Assembly (NCBI RefSeq): GCF_022539665.2
Contig: NC_081332.1
Coordinates: 5,704,001 to 5,768,000 of the forward strand
From: Daphnia carinata
Taxonomy: Eukaryota
Direction: 5' to 3'
DNA length: 64,000 nt
A program made the position numbers and the translations under genes. The notes under the pieces were generated by a model. The model searched no databases. It worked only from the letters and a program-made list of their open reading frames with translations, and was not told where the DNA came from. Of this stretch, positions 50,683 through 64,000 are shown piece after piece. Every line of letters begins with the position of its first letter. Position 1 is the first letter of the stretch.

Positions 50683-53600
50683 GGTAGCGCCAAACAGGGC
50701 TGGTCATCGAGCCAGCATTATGGTTTTATCAGTTGTTTGCAGTTCAACATCCTAAGAAGTAAAAAACGAATATTATGTATACGCCAGTAATCTGATAACG
50801 TCTTTTTACAGCACCAAGAGGAGCCAGCATAAAGATTTCATGTCTCGTTTTTCGCCCTACTATTGTCTTCTGCTCTTTCATCGCCAATTGTTCAGACCAT
50901 CACATACGAGTCGTCATTTTTTTTTTCCTTTATCGTTCGTCCTGGATAAAACTTAAAAAATTGTAAAAAACAAAGCAAAAATACAAGGTGAACGTTATTA
51001 TTAAATCCGTTAAGTCGTTTTCTTTTGGCTTTATACGAAAAACAAAAATTCAGTCGGAAGGGTCGAGTATACAATAAGAATGCAATTTTCTTGGGGCGTT
51101 GTAGAAAAAAAAAAAAAGGTGTACCTCTATTTTCTTTTTGCTTTCGACTTCAATAAAAAGGTGAGTGCACTCCAACGTCCTTGCAATCCGCCTTGTCTCT
51201 ATGGCTTGGACGGTTGTCTGAATAACGGACCTTTTCGTGATTCCTTCGTTGTTTTTTTTTTCATACAACGTCTCCAAACTGCTGTATAACTAGATCAATT
51301 AAGATAATTAGAGTCTCTTTTAGGTTTTGCCCAGCGTTATTGACACACATTCTCAAAAAATTGGTGTACGCAATATGAAAATTGAGGCGTAGACCAACAG
51401 GTCGCAACGTAATCTAAAGCAACTCAATTATCTAGGACAAAAATACGTGGATTAAATAAAAAAAAAAATGGCGAATTTGGAATGTATAAAAAAAAAAAAA
51501 AAAAGCCACGGCATTGTTTCCGGCGTTGATAATTTCCCATCCAGTTTTTTTGTTTTTACGTCTTATTGTTGAAATTTCCGACTCTGCCGAATGAGTAATA
51601 GTAGTTACCTTCAATTCAAGGACGATAGTTGACTTGACCATTTGGTCACTTCCTGCGTGTCTGATTCGAGTTCCTGCTAGGCTGGTTTGGCTTTTGTCGT
51701 GTATCATAAAAGCCTCAAGAAAATAAACCAAGTTAACAAAACATTGCAGCTAAATTACACGAGGATTTTTCACCGTGGCGCTCCAATATGTCCATGAAAA
51801 TTACTTGGAAGAACGGCTGTCGAGCCCACATCATCGTCTATGTAACTGACATTACCTAAATGGGAAACGAAAGGGAAGAAAAAAAAAAAAAAATAGAATA
51901 AAATGTTTAAAAAAATAAATATACAAGAACAAAAGAGCGACCTTGATTCTTATTTTTTGTTATAGCCTCTAGTTATTCCTCTGCCGAAGAAGCTCATCTT
52001 GACGAATGATTAGGTGAAGAACCGGCATATAGATCTCAAACGTATGCAAATGAGAAGAAGAGTAAACCGGTCTGTGAACTCCGTCAATGTGTATCCTGTT
52101 CTCGGAGAGAGACACGAATTCTAAAGAATAAAACAAGATTCAGATAAAATTGGATTTGTTAAACAAAAGCTCGAGGGTCAATCAACTGTACCTTTTTTCT
52201 CCTCTTTTTTAGATGTCTCATCAACAATCTTTATTCTTCAATAATTTTTCTACTTATTTTTTGTTGTCTTTTTTTTTTTTTTTATTTCAAATGAGTGCCG
52301 TGTGAATGAAGTAACCCGTGTGTGTGTGTCGCCTTATGTTATTAAATCCAATGTATAAGATTTTTTTTGTTGTTGTTTCTTTTGCGGTTTTTTCTCTTTG
52401 AGGTTTCTCATCGCCGTGTCACCTTGGGACGCATCAGTCCATCGGAATGCAACAAATGTTTTGACGTAAATAGGGTCTCGCCGATCTTCGGAGTGAGGAA
52501 GTGCAGTGGTCGACGGGGGTATTTTTCTTCTTCGTGTTTGGATGAAGGACGCGCCCGAGCACAGTATAGTTCTTGGTCGTCAAGGGTGAACGACTCCTAA
52601 TGGCGGTTGATTTTCGTGGTAACAATTGGTCGGTCTTCCTCTTCTTCGTTTCTTGCTTTTTAATGATATTCTTCTTCTTGGTCTCAACATAGTGGTTTGA
52701 TTTATTTGCATACCCAATCACGAAAAATATTTTTCTTGAAGAAAAAAGATAGAGATACTGCTCGTAAGGAATTCGCCTTCGTGAGGAAGTTGTTGCAGAA
52801 ATAGTTTAAGTGCAGAAAAGGTTCGACGCCAAACGAAATGGCGCAATGGATGAAGCTGACCCCCAATTATGTCTCTTGCTTCCTTCTCCCAAAGTCTTGA
52901 ACTCAAACGGCTACGTTGCGCAATTCAGGGTTTTTTTTTTCATACACGGCTTCTCGGCGCCACTCCCCGAGACACCACTCGTCATAAATTATAGGTGCAA
53001 ACCTTCTCCGTTCGTCCTTTCTCGGTTGTTTGCCAGGTAGCCGGATTACAGTGAAATTGCCCGACGTGATTTCTAGAAAAAAAAAAAAAAAAAAAAAAAA
53101 CAGAACAAAAGCAATCAAGTAAAAAAAAAAAATAAAATAAAAGCAACAAACGAATATACCCAAAAGCCCGTCAGCACCCGCCGGCACGTCGCTGTATATT
53201 AGGGCCACTTGAAGTACTTACCGGATGACCGGACGTAGCCTTGCATCGCCAAACATCCTTGATAGTTGTTACACTTACACTAGACAGGTTATCTATACTT
53301 ACGGTTGGTGTGTGCCAGCTAAAAGCTACAAGAATGTTGCTGGCCCGGTATTTTTATGGGGAAGGGCGATTTATCAATCCCTTGCGATACCTTTTTGCGG
53401 GCTGATTTATTCGCTCGCAAAAAAAAAAAAAAGGTAACGTTCAACAATGTGCAATTCTTTTCGATTTGATCTTTGTGTTTCTTTTCTTTCTTCCGCTTTC
53501 CATGGAAATTTCGTTTTTTTTTCGTGACTTTGAATCGTTTTACGACGTAGTCTCTGCTTCTAATAGTTCTTGCTTTTTATTATTGGTTATTTTTCTTTCA

Positions 53601-53808
53601 AGCCTTTGTTTTAAACGTGCCAAAAAAGAAGTTAAAAAAACAAAGGACGAAGAAGAAGAAGCAAAAGAGGGCCTCCTCGTACAGACACATTCCTCCAAAT
53701 GGAGGAGCCGTTCGGGCTAGAACCCGCCCCTCTTATCTATCCCTTTTCTTGCGTTCATTTTCTTCTTGCTCTTGTATTTCTACATTTTGCTTTAGGGCCG
53801 TCTCCGCC

Positions 53809-53818
53809 TATATAAGAA
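53809..53818 (+). promoter_or_regulatory. TATA box
   Basis: ctatataaga ~105 nt upstream of the ATG at 53914. Confidence 0.55.
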
Positions 53819-53913
53819 GGGGCCCCCGGAAGAAAACTTCACATCAGATCTTAACTCGCTTTCGGTGAGTTCCATTCACAGCCGGAAACTTGCCACCAAC
53901 TTTTAATCGCAAC

Positions 53914-55740
53914 ATGGCCGTTCAACAGGTACATTTTTGTTTCTTCTCTTCGTTTGATTGTTAGCCCATTTCTTTTTTTATCACACACTTGCCAAACATG
54001 GATTTCATCTTCAAGTGGCAATCTTTCTAGTTGCCACTATTAAACGCAATTTTGAATTTTTTCATAGTTGATTTTGATCGCTCTCATTGGCGCTGTCATT
54101 GTAAATGGATTTCCAGTTCAATCTCCACAAGCTGGAACTGAGGTATGCTATAAACGTGCGACAAAGAACATTTTGTTAGAAAATGCTAATCATAACGGAT
54201 TACAACAGGACGAGCGATTGAATTACGAAAAATACGTTCGGCAATTGGAGAAGAAACACAAATTTGCTTACAACGATATCGACCAACCTTGGCAGCCGAT
54301 TTCAGCTGACGACTCCGTGGAGAATGACAGCCATGAAATCGTCCTGCAAGTAGATGCTTTCGTCTCCGCCAAACCGGTAGTGAGAGACACGAAACATCAG
54401 ACGTCAGAATCACCCGTCGTTGCGGCAGATGAAGCAGTCGTTCCAGTAACTGAGGCACAGAGTCAAGTTGTGACGTTGACGAACGTCGAGGACGCTGTCG
54501 CCGAAGACACTACGACGCAAGAGAAAATCTTGGCCGATCCAATTGACAACGCCGTGCCAGCCACTACGACGCAAGAAAAACTGTTGGCCGATGCTGAAGA
54601 CGATGGCCTTTCAGTGACTACAACGCACGAGAAACTGTTGGCCGATGTTGAAGACGATGGCCTTTCAGTGACTACAACGCACGAGAAACTGTTGGCCGAT
54701 GTTGAAGACGATGGCCTTTCAGTGACTGCAACGCACGAGAAACTGTTGGCCGATGAAGTCTTGGGTCAAAGTGAAACAGCCACTGAACAAGACGTCGCCA
54801 CCATTAGCCCTGTCAACGAGCCGGTGGAAGACAGCACGGCATTGCCCGTTCTCAAAGTCGCTTTGATCGAAGAATCATTGGTCAAGGTGGCCCAAGCTGA
54901 AGAGTCTGAAATTAGCGAAGGATCTGGCCAGCCCTTAACCGATTTCACAAACGACGAAGGTTCTGGTGTCGCTGAAATTGTCACAGCTGATGCCTCTGAA
55001 GGCTCTGGCTCAGCCGACGAGTTGGTCAAAGAAATTCAGACGACCATCCAACCGGAAATTTCCAATGACGAAGTAGCCACAGAGACCGAATCCACCTTGC
55101 TTTTGAATAACGACGGCCTTGCTGATGACGAAACAGATTTGGCAATCACCACAGAAGCAGCAGACACCAAAGTGGCTGCAATTGTAGAACAACAGCTTGA
55201 CGAGAAAGAGGTCAAGCCCACAGACAGCCCATCTGCAGATGAGGTACAATTTGAACGGAATTACATGTTATTTGATCAGATAAAGAAAAAAACCATTATT
55301 ACCTCATAAATTAGGCCGAACACACGGAGGTCCAGCCAAGCTTGCCGATAAAAATCGCTCAAGTGGACGATTCTATTGAAGCGGTGAGTCAACAACCTTG
55401 AACATTTTCCTAGAAATAAAAAAAAAAGAAATAATCGGTTAATTATTTCAAACTTGAAAATGTCAGGTGACGACCGATTCCTCTATTGCAATCAGTGACG
55501 TCCGACTGGATTCGACCACAAAAGCTTCGGTAAACAAAAAAAAAGATTGCAATTATGTGGTTTTTAAAAAATGAATTAACAAAAAAATGGGTTGCTGTTT
55601 TCATTCAGGCGGAACCGGAAGAGAGCACCACATTGGTCAACATTATCTTGAAGGATGAAATTTTAGCCGATGAGGCGACACAAGAAATTACAACTGAGCA
55701 GCCAGATAGTCACCCACTAAGCACCCAGTCTGGTTTTTAG
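53914..55740 (+). CDS. Secreted acidic Thr/Glu/Asp-rich (mucin/proteoglycan-like) protein; exons ~53914-53928, 54068-54142, 54210-55243, 55315-55383, 55467-55529, 55609-55740
   Basis: Signal peptide MAVQQ-LILIALIGAVIVNG, 18-aa tandem repeats, three EGSG motifs in acidic context, canonical splice sites. Confidence 0.75.
54509..54755 (+). repeat. 54-bp coding tandem repeat (~4.5 copies, TTHEKLLADVEDDGLSVT)
   Basis: tggcctttcagtgact recurs at 54-bp spacing. Confidence 0.9.
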
Positions 55741-56264
55741 GTGTAGGGAATCCTTTTCTTGTTCTCCAAAATTCTCCGTGTTTCTGTTATTATTATTATT
55801 AATATTTTTTTTTTAACTGTGCGACCTAATTATATTTCAATTTTGGTCCCATAATTATTTTACGGAACATTCGCGTAAGTTCCAATCGCTTCAAATGTGC
55901 CGATCAATCTCAATACATTTCAAATAAAAAAAAAATGCGTAGAAAACTCACGAATCTAAAAAAACAAACAAAAACAAATCAATAGCCACAAGTTGGTAAG
56001 GAAAAAAAAAAATTACTGATAATCCACGTTGGTTCATCAGGCCGTAAGCAAACAACGTTATCGGCTAAATAGGCCCCGCATGGTTTCCTTTTGACGTGGA
56101 TTGTGTGCGTTCAACGGTAAAACGACGCACGAGGACACCATACGGGTGATCTTGCGCACGTACAAAAAGTGAGACAAAAGTTTACGGATAATGGTATTAG
56201 ACGTCAAATCGGGCGATATGGTTTCAGTTGTGCTTCCGGATTCACTCCGTGTGTCCCTGATGAG

Positions 56265-58229
56265 ATGATTGTGTTCAGTGGACCGACAATTGCTCCGAGC
56301 CGAAGCGTCCTGGAGTGGTCACGCTTAGGGAATCCTTCGCAAGAATCTTTGTGGGTCGTCGATCATCCGGAGAGGGCAATCAAGCCGGTTGATTTGGCCA
56401 AACAAAAACAAGTGAATTTGTCTGATTTAGCAAATATCACCCTCGACATATTATGTCGGCTGCAATTGCTCTATCATACCAACAAAACGGATGGCGAATG
56501 GGTGAATAACTTGAATTCTTTTTCTTCTATCATTGCAACGTTTTGTCATTCGTTTTCCCTGTTGATTGCATCAGGTTTGGGAATTGTCCGATGTCAACAT
56601 CAGCGATATTGTCGACGTACTCGGACTTGATGGCTATGTGGCACTCAGTGACGTCATTGTGCTTCCCTTATGGTTTAAAGTTTCGATGACGGCGCTCTTT
56701 GTCGGGTGCTTGATTTGGGCCACTATCAGCAACGTGCGCATGCTCATCGCCATTGGCATTCGCAGGTAGTCCACCTGGTTTCATACTCTAGAAATACCGT
56801 TATTTCATCATTTTCACCTGCACACCATATATAGATCGTCGTGGTCGAAAACCAATGTCCTTATTGGAGCTCTAGCTCTAAGTGATTTGTTGACTGTCAG
56901 CACAACCACGCCGACCGAAATATCTTCCGTTATTCATGATCTAAATATTTGGGTAAACGTTAATACAATTTGCAAGTCTTGGTTATTTGTTTCAAGTTCA
57001 AAATTTGAATACCAGGATTTTGGACGGCTCGGTTGTGTCAGCTTCCCATTTTTGCAAAGCGCCGCTATCTTGAGTAATGCACTCATTTTGTGTCTGATTG
57101 CATATGACCGTTACGTTTGTGTGGTCAAGATGCAACCACACACGATGAAAGCCAAACCTGGCTGGCCTATTGTGGGCTGCATCATAGCTGTTTGGATCGT
57201 TTCGATTGGTAAAAATAGACGGCAAATAATTTTCATTAACCTTGACTGATTGCATTTGGCTGCTGCTACATTATAAAAACATTTCGAAAGGTATCGCATT
57301 ACCTTCCTTTTGGATTTGGCGCGTTTACTATTTCATCTTAGTTGATGACATTCCTGACCCTGAAATTGGAATGGATTTTTGCAGCGTCTTTCCTTCTTGC
57401 AACAGCAACACCAACTTGGGTCCGAAAATCTATCCCGCCTATCATGTTGTAAGTCTTTGCTTTTAGAAATCCAGTGATTTCAATCTACGAATGTCAAAAT
57501 ATATACCATTAACGTTTAGATGTTGTGCGGGGCAATTTTCGTTCCATTATTTCTACTCTTTGTGGGTAAGCCTTAATTTACTCATTTTCAATCTTGCATC
57601 ATAAAATTCATTTAATCGTGTTTGTTATTACTTTTGTAGTACTTTATGGCAGAATCGGCCATTTTCTTTGGGTTCGCTCGCCTATAGGGACAGGGGATTC
57701 TTCCAACCTCCATCTTGCCAGGAAGAAACGGATAGCCTGGGCACTTTTCTGGCTGGTATTCTGGTTCTTCTTTTGTCGAATGCCCAACTGGATTTTCGTT
57801 ATGGTTACGATGTTCGTAGACGAAGAAAACACTAGTGGATTGTCCATGCTTAAAAGCACGCTGGTATTTCTTTCGGTATTGAATACTGTTGTCAATCCAT
57901 GGCTCTATTCTCAGCTCAACGAACCACTGAAAAAAACTATGAACAACTGCAGCGAGAAGCTATGTGGGCAAATCCGGAATTTGTCTTGCTGTGGGATTGA
58001 GAGGAAAATCGGTCTCTGTGATGAACAACAACAGCATCACTCATCACAAGAACTGGAACGCCGTGGGTCTCATCAACTTGAACCCATTGTCGTAATGGAA
58101 GAACCGGGCATTATACGCCCACAAGCCAACGAGTTAGCCATCTTTACCGTCCACAAACTGGTTCATGCCGAGGTGACACAGTCGACCTCTAAGAACGGCA
58201 ATAAAACCCGCCAAACTTTTTTGGAATGA
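56265..58229 (+). CDS. Class A (rhodopsin-like) GPCR, orphan or peptide-receptor-like, multi-exon
   Basis: TM1 ..SN, TM2 LALSDLL, TM3 C...IAYDRY, TM4 W, TM6 FFFCRMP, TM7 LNTVVNPWLY. The start codon is uncertain. Confidence 0.85.
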
Positions 58230-58719
58230 TTTTTTTGTTTTCGTTCACGAATTATTGTTATCAATTATCATTTTTTTTACTGACCTAATTTTATATATAT
58301 GAAATTCTTTTTCGTAAATGTAATCTCTCGAAGCAGTGAATTTTAAATAAATTATCCAGACAGCTTTACTTTTCTGGCAGCTCAGCTTAGCGTCCTGCCC
58401 CCTGCCCCCTTTCTTCAATTTTGCAATCGACCTTGATGCAATTTGGAGAAAGCTATTGGAGGATGAAGTGGCTCGTGGGGGTAACCATAGAAACACATTT
58501 TTTTCTTCTTTTTTTTTTTTCTTCTTTCCGCCTTTGTCTCGTGGCTTCGAAAGCAGCACGTGCATGCATCATTCGCGTGCTCATTCTCATGCGGCCCAGG
58601 TCAATTTCGAGAGCATATTGCTAGAAGATATTCGTTATTTAACGAATACTAATCGATACTATCACGAAAAAGAGGGAAAGAAATTTGTTTTCAAAATAAA
58701 GTGTTGGTAAACAGTAAAA

Positions 58720-61700
58720 ATGGAAAAGTATAATCCATCTCTTGCTGTTGCAAAAGTAGATGTGGTAAATGAGCGAATCGACCAACACATGTGCCAGTTT
58801 TTCCACACTGAGGTTTTGAAAAAGCTCAGCCAAGATAGTCAAACAGAAGGTAAAATTCATTTTGTACACATAATAAAGTATTAGCCTGTTAACATTGTTG
58901 TTTTTAAACCATTAGAAATGCTTTTGCCATCTGCACTTAACAATCTCAAGGAGCAAAAGGCTTTCATTTTTCAACTTTCTGATGGGATGGGCATGAATAT
59001 TAAATCTTCCAGGTATTTCATTCGTCATACAATGGAATTAGTAGTTGTTTTCTTACATCTTTTGTAATTAATTTGAAGGAATGCAAATATTCTGTTAACG
59101 AAGAAGCCAGATGCTGTTAGAAGTCAGTTTAATTTTCTGCAGCTTGCCCATGCCTCAACACTACTTCTTGCTGAAGATGTGAAAAATGTCTGTCTTGAAA
59201 ATGAGAATCCTCAAGGAGCACGGTATGACAAGAACCATAAAGGAAAACCCTCTGATTGTAAGTGTTTAATTTACATACAGATCAATAGTTGCTACAAGTA
59301 ATCTTCTTTATAGATTTTTTACCTGTTAATATGAACAGAAGTGCTGGTCGTTTAAATATTTCCGATAATCCACCTTACATACCGCTCTTTGGCGAGAGCG
59401 CTGCCTTTGTACATCACCGCCGAAGTCTACCCATTTTCCCATATCGTCAAGAGATTCTGCGGCAATTAGAGCACCAACAAGTAGTTGTCATTGCTGGTGA
59501 CATAGGCTGTGGCAAAACAACTCAAGTTCCACAGTACATCCTAGAAAACGCCTACGAAAAATCAGTCCCTTGCCGTATTGTCAGCATTCAGCCACGCCGT
59601 CTCTCTGTCCATGCTGCACTTGATCGTGTCATAGTAGAACGAGGTATGTATAAGCAAAACATTCACCGAAGGCGTTGTGTTCTTATGTTCTTTTCTCTAC
59701 ACGTGCTTAATATTTACCAGGTGTAACCGGAGACAGATTGGTGGGACATCAGACACGACTTGAATCAAAAGGCACGGCAAATTGCCCCCTAATATTTTGC
59801 ACGACTGGAGTGTTTCTTCGTTCACTTATTGAAAGTGATTGTTGTCTTAAGGGGATAACGCACGTTATAATAGATCAGGTTCATGAGCGTGATCGATTCA
59901 CTGACCTCCTGTTAGGTGTATTTCGCCTAAGGTTGTCTCAGTACCCTGATTTGCGACTTATCCTTCTATCAGCAAACATGGCGCCCCACGCACTGGCAAA
60001 CTATTTTCACCAGGAAAAGATAATCAAGATTCCAGTCCCTTCTCATCCGGTATCAGAACTGTTTCTGGAAGACATTCTCACCTGCACAAAATTTTTGTCG
60101 AAGCAAAGGATCCTAGTTGGGGCTGGTAGAGTGCAAGATGAATTGACCATGGGTCCAGCGACCGCTTTTGATGAACTTATCACTGAGGTCTGCACTTACT
60201 GTGATTTCATTCCGTTACCTTGACCAAACTTTTTATTATTTCATTTTAGGCATGGTTCAATGGATCTGATTTGATTTTTTTGCACATTTTGAAACTCGTA
60301 CGAGACGGTGTCATGCCCATCGACTACCAGCACTCCCAGACGGGCATCACACTGCTCATGGCAAGCGCAAATCATGGAAAACTAGATATTGTCAAAATGG
60401 CTATCTCCTTGGGGGCCAATCCTACCCTTCAAGTCAAAGGCATGACACCTTACGATTTAGCCAACGAGTTTGCCCGCCCAGAAGTGGCTGATTTGCTTTT
60501 GTCATACAGCCAAGTCTTCGCCAACGAAGTGGGCAACAACATAAACATGCAGGAGCCTTCATCTTTGAATCAAAATTCTCCTGATGATGTTCTGAAGAGC
60601 TTTTACGCAAAGTACAGCCAAGACCACGCCAACTTGGATCTTATCGTTGAAGTGCTCAACTTCGTTTTGGGCTACTCCCAACCTGGAGCTGTTCTTGTTT
60701 TATTGCCAGCGTACAGTGAGGTGGTAGAACTGAGAGACATGATTATTGCTAGCACTTCATCGCTTAAAAACAAGTTGGAAGTGCACACCTTACATGGACA
60801 CTTACCGCCAACAGATTTCAAGAAAATATTCTTGCCTACTGCAGCATGCAAACGCAAAGTCATATTGGCAACAAACATTGCCGAGACCAGTATTAGCTTT
60901 GACGATGTAATTTGTGTTATTGATTCGGGACTTTTCCGTGACAGGGAGAACGATGTAGTGTTCACCAATCCCAAAAAGACCCAATGGATATCAAAGGTAG
61001 CCACATTTGAATATTCTTTATTTCTGTTAGTTAGCAATACCAATTTGAATCTTTTAGGCTTCTGCAGCACAGCGTGTCATGCACGTCCGTAATGGTGGAA
61101 TTGTCTTTCACCTGTATCCACGTTCGACATTGGATGGCCTGCAAGAGTATCCAGTGCCAGAAATAACCCGCGATTCTCTGATTGACGTATGTCTCTTTGC
61201 CCGTTTGGTTATTCCTGAAGATACGCGGCTGCCTCAGTTCTTTTGCAGTCTGCCCGATGGTCCTCCCACTACTGCTGTCCATCAGGCTATAGGAATTCTC
61301 GAGTCGATCGATGCTTTTGATACCCAAAGCAAGGTAGATTAAGTTGTACGCGAATCACAGATTCATCTTAATTCAAAAAATGTTGATTTCTCTTTCGCAG
61401 GTCACTGATGTTGGCCTGCACCTGATTGACTTGTCAGTAGAGCCTAGACTGGGGAAAATGTTGCTTGTAGCTGTTGGACTCAGGTGCCTCGATCCAGTGC
61501 TAACGATTATCTGTTGCTTAGGTAATAGTATATAGTTATGATACCATTACGGGTTCTTGAATAACGTTTATGTATTATTAGCCAGAGATGATCCGTTCAT
61601 AACACCCGCTTCCCCCGACGAACGCAAGATAGCGATCATGCGGAGGTATGACCTGGCACCCGATTTTCTGAGCGATCATCTGGCATTACTGAGAGCTTAT

Positions 61701-63304
61701 CACCTATGGGAGAAGGCTAATGATGAAGGCCGTAAGCGCCAGGTAAATTAAAAAGGGAAATTTAATTTCACGTAAACTAATCGCTGTAGCAATCCGTTTC
61801 AGGTTTGTCAAGAAAATTATCTTTCTGTCGCGAATATCGAGCTGATCTTTCTGCTGCGGGTCCTTCTAGTCGGCGAACTGCGTGCTAGTGGATACATTCG
61901 TGGTCGGGGCTGCGCTGATATACGCAACCTCAATATTCATTCGGAAAGTTGGACGGCCATTAAGGCGGCACTGACTTCGGGTCTATATCCCAACCTAGCG
62001 CGTTATTCGCCGGTAGATGGCGGAATCATAACCCAAAACGAAACACGATCGCAGTTTCATTTTACTTCCACGCTTCTGGTACAAGAAGGTCGAAATAATG
62101 GCTTGGGCTTTATCGCAGCTCCTTCAATAGAAAGCCTCCAACCTGCCAATCCGGTTTGTGTACTGAATTTTATTTTTGTTTTGTATGATTGATCTCAAAA
62201 TTGATTCCACGTAATTTTACATGGTAATCTCAGTTGGCCCAGAAACTTTCATCAAAACTAGCTGCGTCCGCCTTGGCCAGCCCATGGGTAATCTTCGAAG
62301 ATCAGCAAAGAGCTGGGCAGTTCACCGTACTTCGTTGTTGCAGTGTAATTACACCCATCACAGCCCTTCTTTTCGCCGGACATCTGGGTTCCCCTATTCA
62401 CACTGTGCAGCTCAATCAGGTGATTCCCCCATTTTAATCAGTATACTATCATAAATTCATGTTTTTTTATCTCTTTTAAGAACGACTATCAGGAGATACT
62501 CAATAATTTGGGAGAAAGCGACGAGGACTCAGATGACATAGATGAGGATGAAATGCGGAAAATTTGTCAAGATTTGAATTTTCAACACATCACCGAGGAT
62601 ATCCTTGGCCTCAGTAGGGTCACGAAGAACAACAGAGTACTAGCAAGACCGCGGAAACATTTTGTCATACTGAAAATCGATGAATTTATTGGATTCTTCG
62701 TTGACGCTTATGTGGCGCAGCTTATCATGCAGATCCGAAAAAAATTCCAGGTAGTTTCATTTTATTGCTTTTTGAATTTTCATAATTTGCCACTTTGTAT
62801 TCCAAGACCATTCTGGTAAAATGTATACGAGAACCAGGAAGAAATTGCACCATCGGAGAAGACAGCGTGCTGCGTACTGTGCTAAGCTTGCTCTCGTCGG
62901 AAGAAATGGCTATGCGCCTTCCTCAGCCATCTGGGGTTGGCCGACGGCCCACCAACGTCTCTGCCGATTCCATGCTGGTTACTCCAGAGCTCAGACCAGA
63001 GGATTTGTATCCCATCAGGCGATACGTGACTTACACACCGCCGCCTAAGGGCTATTCCTACGAAACCAAAGAATGCAACAAAAGCAACATGGTGCCATCT
63101 GTTAATTCAGCTGCTTCTAGAAACCGGGCTCAGCCAAACCGACTAAACAAAACTGATTTTCGGGATATGTTCCCGAATTCTACATCTGTACAAAGCATGA
63201 ATTTGAGCTATCAAGGGGTATCCAACGTTCTACCAAACGTCACGCCCGTTGGCGGTCGCCCTATCTGCAAGTCTTATAGTTATAGCTTCTCTGACGACCA
63301 CTAA
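58720..63304 (+). CDS. YTHDC2/Bgcn-like DEAH-family RNA helicase with ankyrin insertion, degenerate catalytic motifs and no YTH domain
   Basis: LPIFPYRQEIL, GDIGCGKTTQVPQYILE, QPRR, FCTTGVFLR, IIDQVHERD, ankyrin DYQHSQTGITLLM, RKVILATNIAETSI..DVICVIDSG, HA2 (EPRLGKML, SDHLALL), OB-fold region, C-terminal LPQPSGVGRRP. Confidence 0.88.
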
Positions 63305-64000
63305 ATATGTTCATGTTTACGTCCCCTCATAGATCCGTTTTCCCGTTCGAAACCAAATCTTGTCAAGATTTGCGGTTGTCCTCTGCCATCTTCGATGTTT
63401 ATTTTACCTCTTTGCATTTTTTTTTTCTAGGGTTCAAAGTTGATGTTCCAACTTTATTGAAACTGCGCTACCCAGGTTCCGGTTTTATCGCATTTGTCCT
63501 ACGTTTAAGTATCCAGTTTCCTTCGTGTCCAAATGCCCGATGTAGTACTGTAGGAAAATGGTATGTTCTTTTTTTTTATTATTATTATATTTAAGGCGTT
63601 GCTAGGAATCTAGTAAAGTTATTTGCCATTTGTTCCGTCATTGTTTTCCTGCCCCTCCAGCGATCTATGGAGCCCATCCCTGTTAACCTGCTATAGCATG
63701 CTCTTGTCCCCGATAATCTTCCTTCCTTTCATTGTCGCTAGTTTCAACATTTTACTTTTTGACTGGCGATTTTGAATAATCAAGAAATAAATATGTTTTT
63801 TTTTCTAAGCCTGGTTCTTATAGGTTCCTGCATGCACCAACAAATATGGCTTTTTAAAAATCACATCGAAACAATCCATCCAATTGCGGAAATGTTAAAA
63901 CAAAATTTAGAACAACAATCGATACAATTGTTCATGTTATCAAAATATTTAAAAAAGTTTTATACAGGTGTTGCCGTAATCATCCAAAGCATTCAACGGG

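Noticed and set aside
54509..54755. CRISPR-like array
   Set aside because: The repeats are contiguous and in-frame coding with no unique spacers, in a eukaryotic context.

Overview
Eukaryotic, intron-rich, AT-rich genomic DNA with ~55-90 nt introns and many poly-A/T runs. This resembles an arthropod, probably a Daphnia-like crustacean (inference). Recognisable genes: two lysosomal alpha-mannosidase paralogs (7829-12836 minus; 39845-44139 plus), a BMP3/GDF10-like TGF-beta ligand, an effector caspase (QACQG), an ALDH1/2-family dehydrogenase, two secreted acidic low-complexity proteins, an orphan class A GPCR, and a YTHDC2/Bgcn-type DEAH helicase with degenerate catalytic motifs. Two repeat clusters (1-~6750 and ~30450-39040) each hold a ~5 kb foldback element. 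These have ~2 kb inverted arms with GGCAATCC termini and AT flanks, a spliced relic gene in the arms, a covarying three-hairpin module at the inner arm ends, and a central spacer with three divergently oriented tRNA-like Pol III (A/B-box) units. A third, more diverged family member keeps the same hairpin plus tRNA-like layout. The ~23-30 kb gene block between the two clusters looks inverted, which would have split a former tandem mannosidase pair.
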